Notes: generated from the letters alone by a model not told the origin. Counted from the first letter of the stretch, positions 36,228 to 46,748 are shown. The stretch is DNA of 64,000 bases from Pedobacter sp. (GCA_050253415.1 JBFWJC010000002.1:160001-224000); one strand, 5' to 3'. Numbers and translations: made by a program.

Positions 36228-36751
36228 AAATTATAGCGGAGCGCATCGTTGACGGAGAGACAGCCGAGCAGATCGGCATCGATAAAAATTCGTACGGAAG
36301 CCGTCGCGAAACCATCGACCGCTATCTGGCGACGACATCTGGACTATTTGACCGGGAAGGATACCTCGAGTGGTTAAGATCCGACCCGGCAGGATCCGTC
36401 GGGGCAAGCCGCATCGTTAAGGCAAGACAGGGTGAGGTCCGGCATGCCACACGGAGACGTACCGGGTCTGGGTGCGGATGCGGCCGGAGTATGCCGCCAG
36501 GGTTGGTGCAGCGTGTCGGCAGTCTGATGACAACCCTCGGCAGGTGGGCGGTTGCAGGTTTTAGCTGCATGCCAAAAAAGGCATACCACGAACGGCTGAA
36601 AATCTGCGCGGCCTGCGAGGAATACACCTGGGCGAAAACATGCAGCGTTTGCGGATGCTTCATGCCGGCAAAAGCCAAACTCGCATCGATCGACTGTCCA
36701 AAACTTAAATGGCACGGCCCGCCGACAGAAGCAACCATCGCGGAGGTTTAA
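36224..36751 (+). CDS. Cys-rich hypothetical protein
   Basis: RLKICAACE...CSVCGCF...K.....CP..KW. Confidence 0.6.
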   Translation: MKIIAERIVDGETAEQIGIDKNSYGSRRETIDRYLATTSGLFDREGYLEWLRSDPAGSVGASRIVKARQGEVRHATRRRTGSGCGCGRSMPPGLVQRVGSLMTTLGRWAVAGFSCMPKKAYHERLKICAACEEYTWAKTCSVCGCFMPAKAKLASIDCPKLKWHGPPTEATIAEV

Positions 36752-36754
36752 CGA

Positions 36755-38971
36755 ATGGGCACTATCCTCGATTTACAGAGCGAGACAATCAAAGGGTTTG
36801 CATGCAGGCCTGACATTGGCCGCCTTTATGTTTTTAGCGCCAACGGCCTCGACGTCTACCGGACCAGCGACATGCAGCGCGTCGCCTGGGCCGGAATTAA
36901 TAACGTCACCTGCGGGACTGTCAACGATGCAGGCATCTACGTCGGCACAGATGACGCAGGTATGTATCATCTTCCGCTTACGATTAAAGACTGCGCCAAT
37001 GCCGATATGACGCCGATGTTTTGGCCAGGTGCGGCAGTAGTGTTGACAAGCTACAACATTTTGGCCATATCAGGCTGCGGATCCGCTCTGGCGATCGTCA
37101 CCGATTCGGAGTTTAAATATTTGCCGACCATAGGCTCGGCATACACGTACGCCGGATCACAAACTCCGGAATTATGCGCGATTAACGGTAACTATCTGGC
37201 ATGGGCGGATGCCAACACGATAAGCCTATCCGTCCTGCCAACAGCTGACTGGAGCGCTGCTGCGACCTCCATCACCGATGTAGCCAACCACCTGACATTT
37301 GAGGCAGGCACCGACAACTTGCTGATCAGCCACACGGAGGGGTTGATGGTCCTCGACTGCACCAACCCTGGCGGCTCCGTTGCGCCAACAACAGGCATGA
37401 TTAGCCACTACTCTATGGACAACATCACGGGGTCCACGTTAACCGACGACGCTGGCACACAGGATGGGACAATAACCGGAGCGACGCAGGTTGCCGGTCA
37501 CATCGGTCAGGCGTTGCAGTTTGCCGGCGGCGGTGACCACGTATCTGTCGCGCAAAACAGTGCCCACGAATTCGGCAGCGCGACAGATTTTAGTTATGCC
37601 TTGTGGTTTAAAACAAGCCAGTCTACCAGGGGTGACATCCTTGAAAACGGCTACAACGGAAATACCGGTAAATGGTCCGGTCTGTACGTGTATAACGGTA
37701 TTTTTGCCGGGTGTATTGACGACGGGACAAGCGCGGTCTTTGCTTCCGGGGCCACCAACGCCTGGACGATAAACGACGACGAATGGCACCTCGGGGTCGT
37801 GAACTTCGACCGCGACGGGAATCTGCAGCGATATATCGACGCCGAGGCTTATGGCGATCCATACGATATTAGTTCGGTTGGGGACATAACAAACACTGAA
37901 TACGGGATGCTGATCGGCATGAGGACAGGCACAACAGACTATTTCGTCGGGCAGATGGACGAAATCCGGATTTACAGTGGATTGTTGACCGTCGAAGAAA
38001 TCCAAGACATGTACCTCGAGGGTGTCGGCGGAGGCATCGAGTACGCGGCATCCCTCGGCACCGTCACAAATTGCCAGGCGGCATGGAAAGAAGGAGAGTA
38101 CATTGCGTACGGTACAAGCAATGGCGCCGATGGCGGCCGTTTTGGGCTTTTGCTGCTCGATAATGATCTCGTCGCCACCAGCAAGACGACCATCGCCGAT
38201 ACCGATACCGATGCTGTATGGTTATCTGCAGGGGCAACCGATGCCATCCACAATAACACCCTGGAACGATATAGGTTGGTGGCGGAGGTAAGCCCCGGAG
38301 CCAACGCCATAAACGTGCGGCGCGATTGGGCGTTATACGCGGAGATCACCGACAGCCTCGGCGGGATCCAGTCCGGCACGGTTGTGCTTACGATCAATGG
38401 CCAGACCGTCAGCCCGACGGTCAGCGCCATCACCGACGGCTACGCGGCAGCCTATACCCCGGGCAGCAGCAGCGGCTACGCACAGCGCATCACCGTCAAG
38501 CTCTCCGGCACCGATGCCGACGGCAACACCGTCAGCAAAACATGGTCATTTGTGACCGCCGCCGCGCCGACAGCCACAGCCACCGACACCACTCCTCCCA
38601 ACGTGGTCTGCAAGCGAAACATCGGCCTTGAAGACTCCGAGGCCGATGAACAGGTTGACGGCGTCAACGTCATCTGGCTCGACGACATCACCGGCCCGCT
38701 GATCGTCACCGACGCCCAGGCCGCCGCCGTCGGCACCGTCGCCATCGATGGCGTCACCTACCACCGCCACCGGCGCAGCGTACGTGTCGACCCGACCGAT
38801 GCAGGCGGCCTGCGGACTCGCGACCTGCAACAGGGGCAGGTCATCACCGTGACCTGCCCAGCCATCGGCATGACCGCGCAAAAATGCGAAGTGCTGGCGA
38901 TCCAGCGCAACCTCGACGAAACCGGCGAAATCACCTTCGATCTGCAGATCGCCTACTACGAAGCGGTGTAA
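36755..38971 (+). CDS. Tail protein with a LamG/concanavalin-like domain
   Basis: SHYSMDN...GQALQF...FSYALWFKT...INDDEWH...GQMDEIRIYS..LT..EI. Confidence 0.75.
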   Translation: MGTILDLQSETIKGFACRPDIGRLYVFSANGLDVYRTSDMQRVAWAGINNVTCGTVNDAGIYVGTDDAGMYHLPLTIKDCANADMTPMFWPGAAVVLTSYNILAISGCGSALAIVTDSEFKYLPTIGSAYTYAGSQTPELCAINGNYLAWADANTISLSVLPTADWSAAATSITDVANHLTFEAGTDNLLISHTEGLMVLDCTNPGGSVAPTTGMISHYSMDNITGSTLTDDAGTQDGTITGATQVAGHIGQALQFAGGGDHVSVAQNSAHEFGSATDFSYALWFKTSQSTRGDILENGYNGNTGKWSGLYVYNGIFAGCIDDGTSAVFASGATNAWTINDDEWHLGVVNFDRDGNLQRYIDAEAYGDPYDISSVGDITNTEYGMLIGMRTGTTDYFVGQMDEIRIYSGLLTVEEIQDMYLEGVGGGIEYAASLGTVTNCQAAWKEGEYIAYGTSNGADGGRFGLLLLDNDLVATSKTTIADTDTDAVWLSAGATDAIHNNTLERYRLVAEVSPGANAINVRRDWALYAEITDSLGGIQSGTVVLTINGQTVSPTVSAITDGYAAAYTPGSSSGYAQRITVKLSGTDADGNTVSKTWSFVTAAAPTATATDTTPPNVVCKRNIGLEDSEADEQVDGVNVIWLDDITGPLIVTDAQAAAVGTVAIDGVTYHRHRRSVRVDPTDAGGLRTRDLQQGQVITVTCPAIGMTAQKCEVLAIQRNLDETGEITFDLQIAYYEAV

Positions 38972-38974
38972 CCC

Positions 38975-39232
38975 ATGAGTCTAAAAAAACTACGCCAGCG
39001 CCTCACCATCGACCAGACCAACATCCTCACCGGCACGGTCATCAGCAACGGCACCAACACCGTGCGCGTCCGCACCAACAAGGGCGAGATCCGTGAGGCC
39101 CTCAAACCCGACAGCACCGCCACCTACGCCGCCGGCACCCGCCTCGAGCTACGCACCGACGGCCGCAGCCTGCAGGTCACCGGAGAAGCCCCGCTGTCCG
39201 ATCTGGACGGCGAAATCATCTATACGGTTTAA
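38975..39232 (+). CDS. Hypothetical tail-region protein
   Basis: ORF in operon with backbone codon style. Confidence 0.55.
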   Translation: MSLKKLRQRLTIDQTNILTGTVISNGTNTVRVRTNKGEIREALKPDSTATYAAGTRLELRTDGRSLQVTGEAPLSDLDGEIIYTV

Positions 39233-39257
39233 CCCTACACCATAAAGGAGGCATACC

Positions 39258-39617
39258 ATGGCCCTGCAACTCAGAGAAGAAACCCCCGTCGGCGCCGGCG
39301 GACCGTTCCCAGGAACCGTCCTGCTCCACAAAGACACCACACCCCTCGCCGTCAACGAAACCCGCACCGCAGAAATTGAGATAAGCCATTGCAGCAAACT
39401 CGGAGGCAGCCTCTACGCCGACCAGGCCTGCACCCTCAACCTCTATTACGGGCAGGACGCCGTCAACTACGGCCCGGCCGAGTCTCAGTCCGTCTCTGCC
39501 GGGCAAACCATCGAATGGGACGCCGATCCGGTTTACAACCGCGCCCTCAAAATCGAGATCGTCAACGGAGCTACCGAGATGACAGCCTTCCGCAACCATA
39601 TCCGCGGGAGGGCATGA
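39258..39617 (+). CDS. Hypothetical tail-region protein
   Basis: RBS AAGGAGG. Confidence 0.6.
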   Translation: MALQLREETPVGAGGPFPGTVLLHKDTTPLAVNETRTAEIEISHCSKLGGSLYADQACTLNLYYGQDAVNYGPAESQSVSAGQTIEWDADPVYNRALKIEIVNGATEMTAFRNHIRGRA

Positions 39618-39618
39618 T

Positions 39619-41280
39619 ATGCCCTCTTTAGTCGATATGACCCCGCAGCGTGTCGACCTCGTCACGCTGCGGCAACACCTCGGTCCACCGCGATCCGACC
39701 TTAGCCCGGCCGCCGTCGTCCGCCCGTTTTTTAACGGCATGAACCTTGGCGGCTACACCTACACTGGCGGCCCTGTGGCCGTTGCAGATGCCGACGGTGT
39801 GTTGCGGTCAGGCTATCTCGATGTGCCATCAATCGAGGGCGGGCGCTATGCCACCACGGTAGCAGAAGGGGCGGCGTTGGGGAGTGAGTTGGTTACTGCT
39901 CTTGATTTCAATAACGGGTGGGCAGTAGCCGCTGCTACAATCACGTCTTCTACGTCATTTTCAACAGAAGGTGTTGGCGGGTTATTTAAGGCTTTTGTCG
40001 TAAGCGGTAAAAAATATTCTGTGAGTTTGTCTGGCACTTGTTCCGCTACGTTTAAGTTGGTGAATGGTGGTAGCGGTAGTGATCCAACCATTTTAACTGG
40101 TTTTGGATCAGCAACCTTCACTGCTTCCGGTGCAAATCCTACTCTTATTTATCTCAGACTAGACGGCGCTGGGATCATGTCAGATGTATCGTTATCCGTC
40201 CGCGAAGTCATCCCCCAATGGCTCGACACCGACACCGAAGGCGCGGACCTCTACGCCTCCACACTTGTGCGCGGGCAGAAACTTTACACCGACGCCGACC
40301 ACACGGAGTTTCCACGTATAGACCTATGGGGTGCGAGTACGAACAAATGTACCTGTAGGAAGGCGAACCCTACGGATACAAGCAATATTGGAACCGGAGG
40401 CGATGCTGCTGCGGTGCTATCTGTAGTTGATGACTCTGACGCTCTCGCTGCAGCAGGGCTGGATAAGATATGCACCAGTGGCAAGGTGTATAAGCTGGAT
40501 AACAGTGCAGGCATCAGTTCTGCATGGGTATTGCTTGGTGCAGTTACTACAGCGCCGCACAGTGGCTCCGCTTATATTCGCAGCACAGGCGGGAACATTA
40601 CTATCTATGTGACATCTACGCCCCATGCAAGTCCGACATATATTCGGCGGACAGTAACCGCTGCCGGCACAGCAACACAAATGACTATATCAGCCGTTGC
40701 AGGCGCAGTCGTCTATTTCATCCTCCCACAACTTGAAGAGTCGCCTTACTGCACTCCGCCCATCTACAAAGCCACCGATGGCACCGACCCTCTCACCTCT
40801 TTGACCCGCCCGAATACCAAACTGGTGGGACAATCGGCAGGGGTGATACGGGGGAACAATCTGGCATTGATGGGGCAGGTGATACCGGGGGCGAGTGGAA
40901 CTGCTGGATACTTCGTTAGTTTTGATGCCGCAACAACAACGGGTGTTTTTTCTACGGGCACTCAAGTAAAGCTGTATAAAGATGGTATTAGCGCAACCGT
41001 CGCTATTCCAATAAGTAAAAACACCCCCATGCAATATCAAGCCTATCTGTCCAGCACCTACGGCATGGGTATCCGTGTCCGTTACGATCTCGGCTTGGCG
41101 TGGAGTGCATGGATGGCATGGGCGACCAACGCCGACACGCAGGACGCCCCGATAGCCAGCACCTTTGAGATCGGCAGCCGCGCAGATGGCAACCGCTTTA
41201 ACGGCAACTATCAGATGTTCCTGCCGTACTTCACCGCCGACCCGAAAACGTACCTTGAGAATTTGGAGATCGCCGCATGA
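39619..41280 (+). CDS. Putative receptor-binding/tail fibre protein
   Basis: Ser/Thr/Gly-rich; STNKC...PQLEESPYCTP pattern; internal segments of differing base composition. Confidence 0.55.
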   Translation: MPSLVDMTPQRVDLVTLRQHLGPPRSDLSPAAVVRPFFNGMNLGGYTYTGGPVAVADADGVLRSGYLDVPSIEGGRYATTVAEGAALGSELVTALDFNNGWAVAAATITSSTSFSTEGVGGLFKAFVVSGKKYSVSLSGTCSATFKLVNGGSGSDPTILTGFGSATFTASGANPTLIYLRLDGAGIMSDVSLSVREVIPQWLDTDTEGADLYASTLVRGQKLYTDADHTEFPRIDLWGASTNKCTCRKANPTDTSNIGTGGDAAAVLSVVDDSDALAAAGLDKICTSGKVYKLDNSAGISSAWVLLGAVTTAPHSGSAYIRSTGGNITIYVTSTPHASPTYIRRTVTAAGTATQMTISAVAGAVVYFILPQLEESPYCTPPIYKATDGTDPLTSLTRPNTKLVGQSAGVIRGNNLALMGQVIPGASGTAGYFVSFDAATTTGVFSTGTQVKLYKDGISATVAIPISKNTPMQYQAYLSSTYGMGIRVRYDLGLAWSAWMAWATNADTQDAPIASTFEIGSRADGNRFNGNYQMFLPYFTADPKTYLENLEIAA

Positions 41281-41675
41281 TAACCATAATCGCGCAGATT
41301 AAGACGACGATTCAGGAAGCGGCACAGGAAGTCATGGACTTGTTCGGAGAGGGTGCTAGGCCGGACGCGGAGAAGATAGAAGACTTCTTTGCGCTGAACA
41401 ATTCCGTTCTTGGCGGCGGTTATATCCGCATCCGTGTTGCGCAGCACATCGCTATGGCGCTTGATTACCTGATGGGCGAAGGGATAACCGGGGAGCACAT
41501 CGCCTGTTTGCGGGTAGAATGGCACGGGCAGGACAGGGTAAAAAGTTCAGACCCCGAAACCGGCGAGACGATTTACGTTGAGGAATATTTCCAGACCGGA
41601 ACGCAGGATATTTTAGACGACGAAGGCAACGTGATTGCAACCGTGCCGGTATACCTTGGGAGGTTTGCCGGATGA
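41277..41675 (+). CDS. Hypothetical protein (last prophage gene)
   Basis: ATGA overlap with the upstream gene; RBS GGAG. Confidence 0.55.
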   Translation: MITIIAQIKTTIQEAAQEVMDLFGEGARPDAEKIEDFFALNNSVLGGGYIRIRVAQHIAMALDYLMGEGITGEHIACLRVEWHGQDRVKSSDPETGETIYVEEYFQTGTQDILDDEGNVIATVPVYLGRFAG

Positions 41676-41694
41676 AAATAGTGCGAAAAAAAGT

Positions 41695-41741
41695 CTTGAC
41701 ATAAACGCTAACGTCAGTATAATCCAGCCCATCGCTACACG
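41695..41741 (+). promoter_or_regulatory. Phage-borne copy of the host tRNA promoter
   Basis: 45/47 identical to 634-680; TTGACA-16-TATAAT. Confidence 0.85.
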
Positions 41742-41828
41742 GTATTTCGGCCAGTTTTTAGGCGTTTTTGTAGACCAAAAACATAGTTAAACAACCGAAA
41801 TAAAAAAGAAAACGCGTAGCTATTCCGT

Positions 41829-41904
41829 TCCCTGGTAGCTCAGTTGGTAGAGCAGGCGGCTGTTAACCGCCTTGTCGCAGGTTCGAGTCCTGCCCGGGGA
41901 GCCA
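41829..41904 (+). tRNA. tRNA-Asn (GTT), reconstituted at attR
   Basis: 76-nt cloverleaf; anticodon arm GGCGG-CTGTTAA-CCGCC; GTTCGAGTCC; encoded CCA. Confidence 0.97.
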
Positions 41905-41911
41905 AAAATTC

Positions 41912-41949
41912 AAGAGGGTTACGGAATGTCTTCCGTAACCCTCTTTTTT
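41912..41949. terminator. Intrinsic terminator after the tRNA
   Basis: AAGAGGGTTACGGAA-TGTC-TTCCGTAACCCTCTTTTTT. Confidence 0.85.
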
Positions 41950-41951
41950 GT

Positions 41952-44900
41952 TCAGCCAACCCCTTCATTGTCTGCCCCTGTTCTTCTCAGGTTAGCTTTT
42001 GAAGAGTCTTTGTTCTTTCCCTTTGCCTCTCCTGTCTCGGGTTCACCTGCAGTCCTTATCAGCGATTTGTTGCCGCTTAAGAGTTCCGTGATCTCCTCGG
42101 CCGGCAGTGGTCGGCTAATCAGGAAACCCTGAATCTCGTCACAACCGGCTTCGCGCAGAAATTCCAGCTGGTCATGATTTTCCACCCCTTCGGCAATGAC
42201 TTGAAGGTTGAGGCCGTGGGCCATTTGAATGATATGCCGGGCGATGTTCGCTTCGTTATTGCTGAAGGGCAGGTTCTGCACGAAGGCCCGGTCTATTTTC
42301 AGGTGGTCCGCGGGCAGGTCCTTGAGGTAGCTGAGGGAAGAAAACCCTGTGCCGAAGTCATCGATGGAGATGGTGATCCCTACCGCACGGAGCGTGCGCA
42401 AGGTCTCAAAGGCTTCGTGCATGTTGTGCATGATGACCGATTCGGTGATTTCCAGATTGAGATATTTGGGAGGCAGATCGCATTCCTTGAGTACCTGCAT
42501 CACCAGTTCGGCAAAGTCCTTTTTCTGCAGTTGATGGGCCGAGACGTTGATCCCCAGCCGCATCGGCGGAAAACCGGCATCGAGCCATGTTTTGAGCTGG
42601 TAACAGCCGGCCTGCAGGACCCATTCGCCCATGGGCACGATGAGCCCGGTCTCTTCGGCCAGGGGGACGAAGACTGAGGGGGCAATCAGGTTGCCGACCG
42701 GATGTTCCCACCGTACCAACCCCTCCAGTCCGGATATGTGGCCGTCTTTAAGATTGATCTGCGGTTGATAATGCACGCGCAATTCCTGTCGCTCGAACAT
42801 GCGGCGCAGACTGCTTTCCATGGCCATTCTTTCCAGTGCGCGGGAATTCATGGATGAGCTGTAGAACTGGAAATTGTTTCGGCCAAGATCCTTGGCCCGG
42901 TACAGGGCGGTATCGGCATTTTTGACCAGCGCGGTGGTTTCGCTCCCGTCCTTGGGATAAATAGCGATGCCGATGCTGCATGACATGAAGGCTTCATGGC
43001 CGTTGATGTCATACGGCCATGCCAGAGTCTTGAGAATTTTATGCGCCACCAGTTCGATCTCTTCTTCATGGCTCGTCTGGGTCAACAGGATATTGAATTC
43101 ATCACCGCCGAAACGACTTACGGTGTCGGTTTCCCGTAGACATGTTTCAAGACGCTTGCCGACTTCCTTGAGGGCTGTATCACCAGCCGTATGGCCGAGG
43201 GAATCGTTGATGGTTTTAAAACGGTCCAGATCGAGAAACATTACCGTGAAGCATTCGTGATGGCGGTGGGCACGTGCTATGGCCTGGTTGAGGCGATCCA
43301 TGAACAGCAGGCGATTGGGCAATCCGGTCAGCGGGTCGTGAAAGGCGAGGTGCTCGATAGTCTTTTCGGCCTCCTTGCGTTCGGTGATATCAAGCAGGCT
43401 TCCGATCAGGGCCGGTTGCCCGTCGCTTATGCCCCGTCCGATGAGAACCTCGACATGGATCGCGTCTCCGTTCTTGCGCAAGCCGACAAATTCGTAACGC
43501 AAATGGTTGGCTTGGGTACCCTCGAGGATTTTAAGATTGTTGGCGGAGACGAACAACTGGTCGTCGGGGTGGACCAATTGCGGTTGATTCTCAGCCTTGG
43601 TAATCTCGTCGGAGGTATAACCGAAAATTTCAGCAAAGCGTGGATTGACATAACTGTAACGATGGTGCTGGTAGACGAAGATGCCGACCAGGCTGTTTTC
43701 AATGAGCAGTTGGTAACGGCTTTCGGCCGCATCGATGTTGTCGATCAGTTCCTGAATCCTGTGTCGCTGGTGTTTTTCTTTTTCGAGTTGCCGGGCGGTT
43801 TTTTCCAGTTGACGGTTGGAGGTGAAAGCCTCCCAGCGGTGTTGTGCCAGTAGGTTTTCGAGGGTGTCCGTATTGCGTTGCCGCTGATTTTCCAGTTCCT
43901 TATAGCAACTGGCCAGCGCCTGGGCTGCCTGCTGGCAATGCCGGGTCAGGTCGTAAACCTCCGTGCTGGATGCCGTGGGCCAGGTGGGAACGGCTCCGGC
44001 ACGGGCTTTTTCCGGCAAGTCGCTGGTGGCGGTTGCCAGCTTCTTGATCGGGTGAATAATTTTTTTGTGCACGCGGAAGGCCATGCCCAGGGCAATGAGA
44101 CAGGGGAGCAGCATCAGAGCCATACTGCCCAGGAGCATGCGGTGGATATGCTTGTGCAGAAGCGTACTTGGCACACTCAACACCAGTTGTGGAGGTGTGA
44201 AATTTTGCGTTTGCGGCTGGGCGGGTAGTTGCAGTTGCATCCGGCCAACACGCTCCGCTTGTGGATCCCAAAGAAGAAATTGTTGATCGTCCGGGATTGG
44301 GTCGAACAGAGTTGCCGTGAGCAGGTCTGATGCATGCCATTCAGGGGTGCTGCTGACCACAATCCGGTTGTTCCCATTGACCAGCAGGGCCGCGGAGTTT
44401 TTTTCTTCCCCTATGGCCAGCAGGCTTTTGTAGTTTTGCGGATCAATGGTGGCCAGGGCAAGTCCGACGGGGGTTCCGTCCTTGGTTAACGGGCATGCAA
44501 GACAGAGTAAACTTTCGTTTTTCATCGTTGGTATGGTGAAGGTCAGCAACGACGGACCGGTTTGTCGTGCAAGGGTTTTTATTTCGTCTGTCGAAATCGC
44601 TATGAATGCGTTGGCCACTTGTTTTTCGCAAGCCGCCGACCATCTGTTGAGTAGAAGGTTGCCGCTGCTATCCCACACCGCAACTTGGAGCACATACTTT
44701 TCCTTTTGCAGTAAGCGGGCGAGCCTGGTCTCCAGACACTCCCGTTGGGGACCGTTGGCTGTCAATCCGGCCAGTTTATTCGCGAGTTCAGCATGAAATG
44801 TGTTCATGCCATGTTGAATGGTCCGGCAGTGTTTGGCTAATTCTGCTTCGATGCCGGGGTGAATAAAGTCGCGCGGGCCTGGCAGGTTAAGGGCCAGAAT

Positions 44901-45419
44901 GAGTAACCCGGGGATCAGGAAGGCTCCGGATACGGTATTGATCTCGGACTCCAGAAAAGACACGGTCGAGGGCGGAAACAGCCGTTTGCGTTGGAATGCA
45001 TACAACAGCAGACTGGCCAGTGCGGCATTGCCAAGGCCGTTGAGCGTCGTCCAGCCGATGGTATTTATCAGGGCGGTATTCGGATAGTGCAGAAGAAAGC
45101 CGTAAATTAAATACTGAATGGGCAAGGCCAGCAATCCCCAGAATATCAGAGAGGCTTCCGGCAGGCTTTTTACCCCGTGTCGCAGGAACATGCCGATGAG
45201 CAGGGCTTCTGCTACCCACAGCAAATCAGGTATTGCCGCATGCCCCAGAGTCAATGCAAAAAGGGGTGTCATTGTGGCGGCAAGTGCCCCCCACCCGGTA
45301 CCGTACAGTCGCACGATGATCAATACGGGGATGCCGGCCAGCAGGATGCGCCCCTGGGGTAAAAAGGTCAGAGGGAGGATGTTGCCTATGAAGGCAGCGA
45401 GATAAAGGATTCCAAGCAT
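41952..45419 (-). CDS. Membrane PAS-GGDEF-EAL diguanylate cyclase/phosphodiesterase
   Basis: N-terminal TM helices, PAS, HDPLTGLPNR, RFGGDEF, EGLVRW, IDDFGTGFSSL. Confidence 0.93.
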   Translation of the reverse strand: MLGILYLAAFIGNILPLTFLPQGRILLAGIPVLIIVRLYGTGWGALAATMTPLFALTLGHAAIPDLLWVAEALLIGMFLRHGVKSLPEASLIFWGLLALPIQYLIYGFLLHYPNTALINTIGWTTLNGLGNAALASLLLYAFQRKRLFPPSTVSFLESEINTVSGAFLIPGLLILALNLPGPRDFIHPGIEAELAKHCRTIQHGMNTFHAELANKLAGLTANGPQRECLETRLARLLQKEKYVLQVAVWDSSGNLLLNRWSAACEKQVANAFIAISTDEIKTLARQTGPSLLTFTIPTMKNESLLCLACPLTKDGTPVGLALATIDPQNYKSLLAIGEEKNSAALLVNGNNRIVVSSTPEWHASDLLTATLFDPIPDDQQFLLWDPQAERVGRMQLQLPAQPQTQNFTPPQLVLSVPSTLLHKHIHRMLLGSMALMLLPCLIALGMAFRVHKKIIHPIKKLATATSDLPEKARAGAVPTWPTASSTEVYDLTRHCQQAAQALASCYKELENQRQRNTDTLENLLAQHRWEAFTSNRQLEKTARQLEKEKHQRHRIQELIDNIDAAESRYQLLIENSLVGIFVYQHHRYSYVNPRFAEIFGYTSDEITKAENQPQLVHPDDQLFVSANNLKILEGTQANHLRYEFVGLRKNGDAIHVEVLIGRGISDGQPALIGSLLDITERKEAEKTIEHLAFHDPLTGLPNRLLFMDRLNQAIARAHRHHECFTVMFLDLDRFKTINDSLGHTAGDTALKEVGKRLETCLRETDTVSRFGGDEFNILLTQTSHEEEIELVAHKILKTLAWPYDINGHEAFMSCSIGIAIYPKDGSETTALVKNADTALYRAKDLGRNNFQFYSSSMNSRALERMAMESSLRRMFERQELRVHYQPQINLKDGHISGLEGLVRWEHPVGNLIAPSVFVPLAEETGLIVPMGEWVLQAGCYQLKTWLDAGFPPMRLGINVSAHQLQKKDFAELVMQVLKECDLPPKYLNLEITESVIMHNMHEAFETLRTLRAVGITISIDDFGTGFSSLSYLKDLPADHLKIDRAFVQNLPFSNNEANIARHIIQMAHGLNLQVIAEGVENHDQLEFLREAGCDEIQGFLISRPLPAEEITELLSGNKSLIRTAGEPETGEAKGKNKDSSKANLRRTGADNEGVG

Positions 45420-45767
45420 GAAAACTCAGGACCTCCAGCGGACTCACATGGTGAGCTGCTTTTCAGGCAGCCGGGCTGCAGCTGAATTTAAGTCAAAATA
45501 TATGTTTACCAGGGGCGGTTGCACGAGAGTGCAGGTGAAAACATACCATTACACGTGTAAACTATAACAAGAGGTTGCAAGCTTGGGGCATATGTCGATG
45601 ATTTTTTTTTAACCTGAGGGGCTAAGGCTGGTGGGCAGGTTTAAAATCTAAGGCCGAAGATACGAAAAAGCTTGGAGAGTTTGCACTTCAGGTATAATAT
45701 AACCAAAAAGGTAATAAATGTTCTCCGGAAGCGTCTTCTGTTTCTCATCGCGAAGAAGGAGGCTCTT

Positions 45768-46043
45768 ATGCGCATCGACATTATTTGCAAACCGGACTGT
45801 GACAATCATTGTCGCGAAGCACTGTCCAATGTACGCCAAGCCCTGGACCAGATGAGGCTTGATGCCGAGGTTCATCTTTATCAGGATACGCGCAAGATGA
45901 TCGATAACCGGGTGTATGTCACTCCGGCACTGATGCTGGATGACGTGGTGCGGATTGCAGGACGGGTGCCCGACGTGCTGGAGATCAAGTCTCTGATTGC
46001 CGAACGGGCGAGGTACATGCGGCGCCTGCGCGATGCCGTGTAA
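45768..46043 (+). CDS. Thioredoxin-family (redox disulfide) small protein
   Basis: RBS AAGGAGG; C..DC..HC; VYVTPAL...GRVP. Confidence 0.7.
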   Translation: MRIDIICKPDCDNHCREALSNVRQALDQMRLDAEVHLYQDTRKMIDNRVYVTPALMLDDVVRIAGRVPDVLEIKSLIAERARYMRRLRDAV

Positions 46044-46069
46044 GTTCAGGGTAAAGGCGAGGTGGTGTG

Positions 46070-46606
46070 TTACTTGGCCTTGGCGCGCAGTTTTGGCTTG
46101 CCGTTCTCGATGACGACCCGAAACTCGACCTCCTGCTTGCCATAACGTTCCTGGATCTGGCATTTTTGGCGATCCAGGAAGTTGGCGAACTGGTTGCGAT
46201 CGGGTGGTGGTGTGCTCAGGGAGCATTCGCGATGGGCCTTTACCAGACTGTCATAGAGTTCGTCTGTTGGATTGATGCTGCGCAGGGCGGCATCGGGGGG
46301 GCGCTGAGAACCTCTGCGGTCCAGATGCCGCTGGTATTTGCCCTCATCCATGAGACGCAGGATGCGGTTCCAGTGAGTCGCGTAGGTGTGGTAACGGGTT
46401 GACAGGGTTTCAAAACGGAAGCGGTGGTCGGTTTTGATGATCCGCCGCGTCGAAAGAGCCCTTATCTTTCTCTCCAGTTCCGTGCGTTGTTTGAGCGGTT
46501 CCCGTTTTTCCTCCCCCGAAAAGTAACGTTCGTAGAGCAATTCGAGTTCGCGCAGATCTGCACCGAGGTCGTCGAGTTTTTTCTGAAATATTTTACGGTC
46601 GTCCAT
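46070..46606 (-). CDS. Hypothetical protein (MXAN_5187 C-terminal-like)
   Basis: LYERYFSGEEKREP...VEFRVVIENGKPKLRAK. Confidence 0.65.
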   Translation of the reverse strand: MDDRKIFQKKLDDLGADLRELELLYERYFSGEEKREPLKQRTELERKIRALSTRRIIKTDHRFRFETLSTRYHTYATHWNRILRLMDEGKYQRHLDRRGSQRPPDAALRSINPTDELYDSLVKAHRECSLSTPPPDRNQFANFLDRQKCQIQERYGKQEVEFRVVIENGKPKLRAKAK

Positions 46607-46748
46607 ATATTCTCCATTGCAGAGGCCTAATTCTACTTGTAAACTTCCCTCAATGCAAAGATTTTCCGTCGAGTCAGCTCCGGGCAATTCTTGACTCACG
46701 CTCTTGTTTGCCGGATAATGACGCCGATTTTCGCCTCGGAGGTTTGAA

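Larger units (their letters stand above)
724..41853. mobile_element. Prophage, lambda-like siphovirus type, ~41.1 kb, integrated at tRNA-Asn
   Basis: att direct repeats, integrase at the left end, cI/cro/cII, primase-helicase, terminase, portal, protease, capsid, lysis and tail genes. Confidence 0.95.

Noticed and set aside
33125..41280. Diversity-generating retroelement or invertible tail-fibre switch
   Set aside because: No reverse transcriptase or invertase, and I saw no TR/VR pair or inverted crossover sites.
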